From Candidatus Woesearchaeota archaeon (GTDB lineage Archaea > Nanobdellota > Nanobdellia > Woesearchaeales > UBA583): 64,000 nt of DNA. The stretch's first letter is position 1. Each line of letters starts with the position of its first letter. Both the position numbers and the translations under genes were made by a program. The stretch lies in the NCBI GenBank assembly GCA_027858315.1, contig JAQICV010000077.1:6186-70185 (forward strand). Direction: 5' to 3'. The notes below the pieces were generated by a model. It did not search any database. It saw only the letters and a program-made list of their open reading frames with translations, and was not told the origin of the DNA. Below are positions 60,032-64,000 of the stretch, piece by piece.

Positions 60032-60161
60032 AGATAAATTTACTCAAAGTTTTAATTAAATGTTTAGTATCTTCGTTTAGTGATTATTTATTTTTACTTT
60101 AATTTTTATCCAATTTTAATTTAAACAAAGATTTATAAAACAAAATTCTTTAAGTAGTTCT

Positions 60162-60527
60162 ATGAAAGCTGAAAAAAAAATTGAAAAAAAATCTAAACAT
60201 GTTTTTGGAATGACTGATGCAGATTTTTCAAAAGAGAATTTTATTGAAGGAGGAGTTATTAGACCTTTAATACTTATGAGTGCATTTTTCTCATTTATAA
60301 TTGCTATGTTTTTGTTGTTATTGGGTGCTAAAGATATGGATTTAAATATGTTGAAATGGGGTGGTTCCTTAATTATATTTTCATTTGTTTTGAATTTATA
60401 TTCAATCTATGAATCTCTAAAAGATAAGCCTAGTATTTTTAAGAATATGAATTTAGGATTTAAATTTACATTATTTTTAATTGAAGTTGTAGCATTCAAC
60501 TGGATTTTAGCTACAATCCTAAATTAA
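60162..60527 (+). CDS. Small membrane protein
   Basis: 3 TMs. Confidence 0.55.
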   Translation: MKAEKKIEKKSKHVFGMTDADFSKENFIEGGVIRPLILMSAFFSFIIAMFLLLLGAKDMDLNMLKWGGSLIIFSFVLNLYSIYESLKDKPSIFKNMNLGFKFTLFLIEVVAFNWILATILN

Positions 60528-60642
60528 AAGAAATTTTAAAATACAAAATTTCTAGCAAATCACCTATTATTTAATTTTTAATTTAATTTTTTACTTTATA
60601 GGTAATACTTTTTTTTATATTTAAAAGTCTTTTAAATAGTAT

Positions 60643-61167
60643 ATGAAATTATCGCAAGAGTTTTCTAGAGTTAAAAATAGTTTTTCTAAAGTTAAAGAAG
60701 ATATGATTAGAATATCTTCAAAAATTAATGAAAATTATGATGAATTTCTAAAAGAACATAAAAAAATTAAAGAAACTATTGAGAATTTATCAAATGAAGT
60801 TAGAGAACATATTTCTAAGGCTAAAAATATTACTCCAAATCTTGAGACTGATAAAAATGAATCAAAAAAAGAGTATTTGGATTTGAAAGCAGAGATTAGG
60901 GAACTTAAGAGTGCGATCTCAAATATATTAGAAGAGCACCATAAATTCAATTTAACTATTGAAGAAGTTAAAAAAAATAAAGGTAATATTACTAGTCTTA
61001 AAGAAAAGCTCCACAGTAGTGAGCTTGAAATTTTTTTGTTAAAGGAGAGACTGATTGAAAAAGATGTTGAGGTTAAACAAATGAAAGATATAAATTCTCA
61101 CATGTTGAATGTACTAACTGAACTTTCTAATCTTGAGTTAGAAATACTTAATAAAAAACTTAACTAA
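60643..61167 (+). CDS. Coiled-coil protein
   Basis: N-terminal SFSKVKEDM similar to AFRKIKQDM of 28112. Confidence 0.6.
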   Translation: MKLSQEFSRVKNSFSKVKEDMIRISSKINENYDEFLKEHKKIKETIENLSNEVREHISKAKNITPNLETDKNESKKEYLDLKAEIRELKSAISNILEEHHKFNLTIEEVKKNKGNITSLKEKLHSSELEIFLLKERLIEKDVEVKQMKDINSHMLNVLTELSNLELEILNKKLN

Positions 61168-61227
61168 TGAAAATGGATATAGTCAAAAATAATAAAAATA
61201 TAGAAAATCCTGAGGTGAATTGTTAAA

Positions 61228-62052
61228 ATGGATTTTGAACAAAAGAAAAAGAAAAATGATAATGAAGAACAGTACCATATTGAAAATTTAAGAATTGTTA
61301 GAGATTTTTCTAAAAAACTTATTTTAGAAATGGATGATCTAGTTAAGGCAATAGTTATCTTTGGTTCAAATACTCATGATACTCTAGATAAAGATTCAGA
61401 TATAGATTTAATGATAATTCTAGATAATGTTTCAGTTTTTGTGACTGATGAACTAAAAGAAGCTTATAGAATTATTGTTTCAAAACTTGCATCAAAATAT
61501 CCCAATAAACTTCATCTTATGAGTGTAAATTTTAGTGATTATTGGGATATGGTTAGGAAAGGAGACCCTATAGTTATTAATGTTTTAAGATACGGAATCC
61601 CACTTTATGATAAAAACATAATAGCTCCAATGCAATATTTGCTTGAAATTGGAAAAATTAAACCTTCAAGAGAAACAGTTTATACTTATATGGCGAGGTC
61701 TCAAACACTTTTAGAAGAGACTTCTAAACATTTAGATGACTCTGTATTAGATTTGTATTATGCAATCATTGATATGGTGCATGCTTCTTTAATTGTTGAG
61801 AAAAAAATGCCTCCTTCCCCAAAAGAGATGCCACATATATTCAAAGAGACTTTCAAAAATAAACCTTTAGCAAAATACTCGAAAATAATTGAAGAGTTTT
61901 ATAAAATTGCAAAAGGTATAGAACATAAAAAAGGAATTAAAATTAATGGTGTGAAATATGATGAGCTTAAAATTAAAGCAGAAGAAGTAGTTTTGGAATT
62001 AAAGAAACATATCGATGTAAGCATCACAAAAAAAGACCTATTTGAGTTATAA
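61228..62052 (+). CDS. Minimal nucleotidyltransferase fused to a degenerate HEPN-like domain
   Basis: IFGS.......DSDIDL; C-terminal helical domain with LYYA and P.SP. Confidence 0.75.
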   Translation: MDFEQKKKKNDNEEQYHIENLRIVRDFSKKLILEMDDLVKAIVIFGSNTHDTLDKDSDIDLMIILDNVSVFVTDELKEAYRIIVSKLASKYPNKLHLMSVNFSDYWDMVRKGDPIVINVLRYGIPLYDKNIIAPMQYLLEIGKIKPSRETVYTYMARSQTLLEETSKHLDDSVLDLYYAIIDMVHASLIVEKKMPPSPKEMPHIFKETFKNKPLAKYSKIIEEFYKIAKGIEHKKGIKINGVKYDELKIKAEEVVLELKKHIDVSITKKDLFEL

Positions 62053-62054
62053 AT

Positions 62055-62648
62055 ATGGCAATCATTACTATTCAAGAGCTTTTAATGTCGATTCATCAGA
62101 ATAATTTTTTTTGGATTGTAATACCAATTTTATTTATTGGTATTGTTACAGATAAATATCAAGAAGAATCAGGAACTTCTGTGGGTAATGCTATTTCTAA
62201 TGGTGCCTTAATTATTTTTACAGGTTTTTCATGGATACAAATTATTTCATCAAGGATAAATTTTTCAATTGATGTTATTGCATCACAATATATTTTTGCA
62301 GTATTTATTATTTTGTATGGTTTTTCAATTATTGGGTCAGGTTTTGGTAGCGGAGAGTTTGCAAAAGTATATGGTAGGATTAGAGTAATTACATTTATGT
62401 TAATATTTTTTACAATGATGATTTATGTTCCACTATTATATAATTATGTTAGTGTAGTATTGTTTGTTTTATTATTTCCATTTTATTATGCTTTTATTAC
62501 AGAACTTATTAAAATTATGCCTGTTGCAGGTTCAAAAATGGTTAACAAAGAGTATATTGATTTTTCCAAATCGGAACTTAAAAAATTGTCTCTTAATCAA
62601 AGATTTATTACAATTGGCAAAGCGAAGATATATGAGTATTTAGAGTAA
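62055..62648 (+). CDS. Membrane protein
   Basis: Multiple TMs, GNAISNG. Confidence 0.55.
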   Translation: MAIITIQELLMSIHQNNFFWIVIPILFIGIVTDKYQEESGTSVGNAISNGALIIFTGFSWIQIISSRINFSIDVIASQYIFAVFIILYGFSIIGSGFGSGEFAKVYGRIRVITFMLIFFTMMIYVPLLYNYVSVVLFVLLFPFYYAFITELIKIMPVAGSKMVNKEYIDFSKSELKKLSLNQRFITIGKAKIYEYLE

Positions 62649-62682
62649 ATGTTTATAAGAATTTGACTATTATTTTTATTAT

Positions 62683-63633
62683 ATGAGTATTGAAATAAAT
62701 ATTACTAAAGAATTTGACGGAGTTAAACCTAAAAATTTTATTAAGAAAAATATTGATATTCCATTTTTTAAAGTTGTTAATTTGATTAAAGATAAAAGAA
62801 TTACTATAAATGGGAAAAAGATTAAACAAGATGATATTTTAAGAGAAGGAGATGTTCTTAAAGTTTGGCCAAATGATATAACTCTTCGAGAAAAGAAGAA
62901 ATACCAAGAGAATATGGAAGATTTAGGTATTGAAGTTGTTTTTGAGAATGATAATTTCATTATTTTTAATAAAATTGCAGGAGTTGTTGTTCAAGGAGCC
63001 CAACATGATGATAAATCTTTTTCACTTCATCTTGCATGGTATAAAAATAAAATTGGTGATGAGAGTAGTTATGAATATTTTCATGCACACAGATTAGACA
63101 AAGATACTTCTGGACTTTTAGCTGTTGCAAAAAATGAGATTGCAATTAGAAATTTGAATGAAATCTTTAGACAAAGAGATGTTGTTAAGAAATATGTTTG
63201 TTTGTGTGTAGGAGAATTTGAAGAAAAGGAAGGAAAAGTTGAAGTTTTAATGACTCGAAATCCTCAAGGTTCTCATGAGAAGATGCGTATTGTTGAAAAA
63301 TTTGAGAAGGAAACTAAAAAGAGTCTTAGTTTATACAAAGTTCTTGAAGAGTATGAAGATAAAGATGGAGATATATTCTCATTAGTTGAAGTAGAAATTA
63401 AAACTGGCATTACACATCAAATTAGAGTTCATATGAAATCTTTAGGTCATGCTATACTAGGAGATAAAATGTATGGTAATTCATTTCTTAATAGAAAGTA
63501 TGAAGATAGATTGAGTAGACAATTTTTACATGCCAAATATTTAAAATTTAATTATGAAGGTGAAGAATTTGAAGTTGAAGCTCCAATTACTTTAGATTTA
63601 GAAAACTTTTTGAAAAATTTGAAAAAATTTTAG
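62683..63633 (+). CDS. RluA/RluC/RluD-family pseudouridine synthase with S4 domain
   Basis: NKIAG, HRLDKDTSG, TGITHQIRVH, GDKMYG, FLHA. Confidence 0.93.
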   Translation: MSIEINITKEFDGVKPKNFIKKNIDIPFFKVVNLIKDKRITINGKKIKQDDILREGDVLKVWPNDITLREKKKYQENMEDLGIEVVFENDNFIIFNKIAGVVVQGAQHDDKSFSLHLAWYKNKIGDESSYEYFHAHRLDKDTSGLLAVAKNEIAIRNLNEIFRQRDVVKKYVCLCVGEFEEKEGKVEVLMTRNPQGSHEKMRIVEKFEKETKKSLSLYKVLEEYEDKDGDIFSLVEVEIKTGITHQIRVHMKSLGHAILGDKMYGNSFLNRKYEDRLSRQFLHAKYLKFNYEGEEFEVEAPITLDLENFLKNLKKF

Positions 63634-64000
63634 ATGAATTCTTTTTCCATTGATTGTTTTAAATTTAAATAATTTTTCTCCCACCAAGTATAATAAAATG
63701 ACATGTTTCCTTTAGGTAAGAAATCTCTAACATTAGAATTTTTTGCAATATAATTTCCATATAGAACCAAATCAGATTTAATAGACATAAAAAGAACTAA
63801 ATACGGAATTAATTCTAACTCTGCAGAAATTAAAGGATTATAGATCATATACTCTTTAATAAAATATATAATTTTTTCGAAATTATACTTTCCACTATTA
63901 GAAATCTCATATTCCTCTTCCCTTGATAAAAACAAACTAGTTTTCACTATATCGTAAATTCTGTAAGTATAAACAATATGCTCGAAATCAATCAAATATT
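63630..64000 (-). CDS. C-terminal part of a phosphotransferase/APH-like kinase, truncated by the window edge
   Basis: LIDFE....YRIYDI, Y.....L...E pattern. Confidence 0.45.
   Translation of the reverse strand, partial: YLIDFEHIVYTYRIYDIVKTSLFLSREEEYEISNSGKYNFEKIIYFIKEYMIYNPLISAELELIPYLVLFMSIKSDLVLYGNYIAKNSNVRDFLPKGNMSFYYTWWEKNYLNLKQSMEKEFI

Noticed and set aside
588-62960. Antisense and alternate-frame ORFs in the track (e.g. 588..791, 3497..3844, 13511..13837, 20770..21096, 42461..42898, 48416..48817, 59661..60059, 62679..62960)
   Set aside because: They overlap confidently identified genes and have shadow-ORF composition (Ser/Phe/Ile/Leu-rich, no motifs).
1-64000. CRISPR array, rRNA, integrase or transposase
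   Set aside because: No regularly spaced repeats, no long GC-rich structural RNA, and no recognisable cas/integrase/transposase ORF seen.

Overview
Very AT-rich, gene-dense archaeal chromosome segment, most consistent with a DPANN archaeon (Woesearchaeota/Pacearchaeota-like). Basis: archaeal ribosomal proteins L10e/L35Ae/S19e/L31e/S2, aIF2-beta, aIF6, SRP54, Pth2, deoxyhypusine synthase, split dph2, TATA-box leaderless genes, and several bacterial-type enzymes. It holds a [NiFe]-hydrogenase maturation cluster (hypA/C/D/E/F, protease, Ni transporter) next to a 2-oxoacid:ferredoxin oxidoreductase, a MarR-MMPL-MMPL-S-layer-like operon, a small HEPN-like/HATPase/STAS island, six tRNAs, a Fic cassette at tRNA-Glu, an incomplete His-Xaa-Ser (HxsB/HxsD) radical SAM pair, a C-terminally truncated DNA ligase and several pseudogene-like lesions. 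The most striking signal is non-coding: short (about 50-120 bp) hairpin-forming inserts, each beside an imperfect duplicate of a gene end, gene start or tRNA 3' end. Two near-identical inserts sit at the same T-loop position of ghost copies of tRNA-Cys and tRNA-Pro. One duplicated protein-gene end differs from the live gene only at synonymous sites. A CAGTCAC-hairpin-TTCGG motif recurs five times, three of them in AUG-initiated 5' leaders of housekeeping genes. No mobilising enzyme is encoded in the window. All calls come from reading sequence and motifs by eye; no searches were run.
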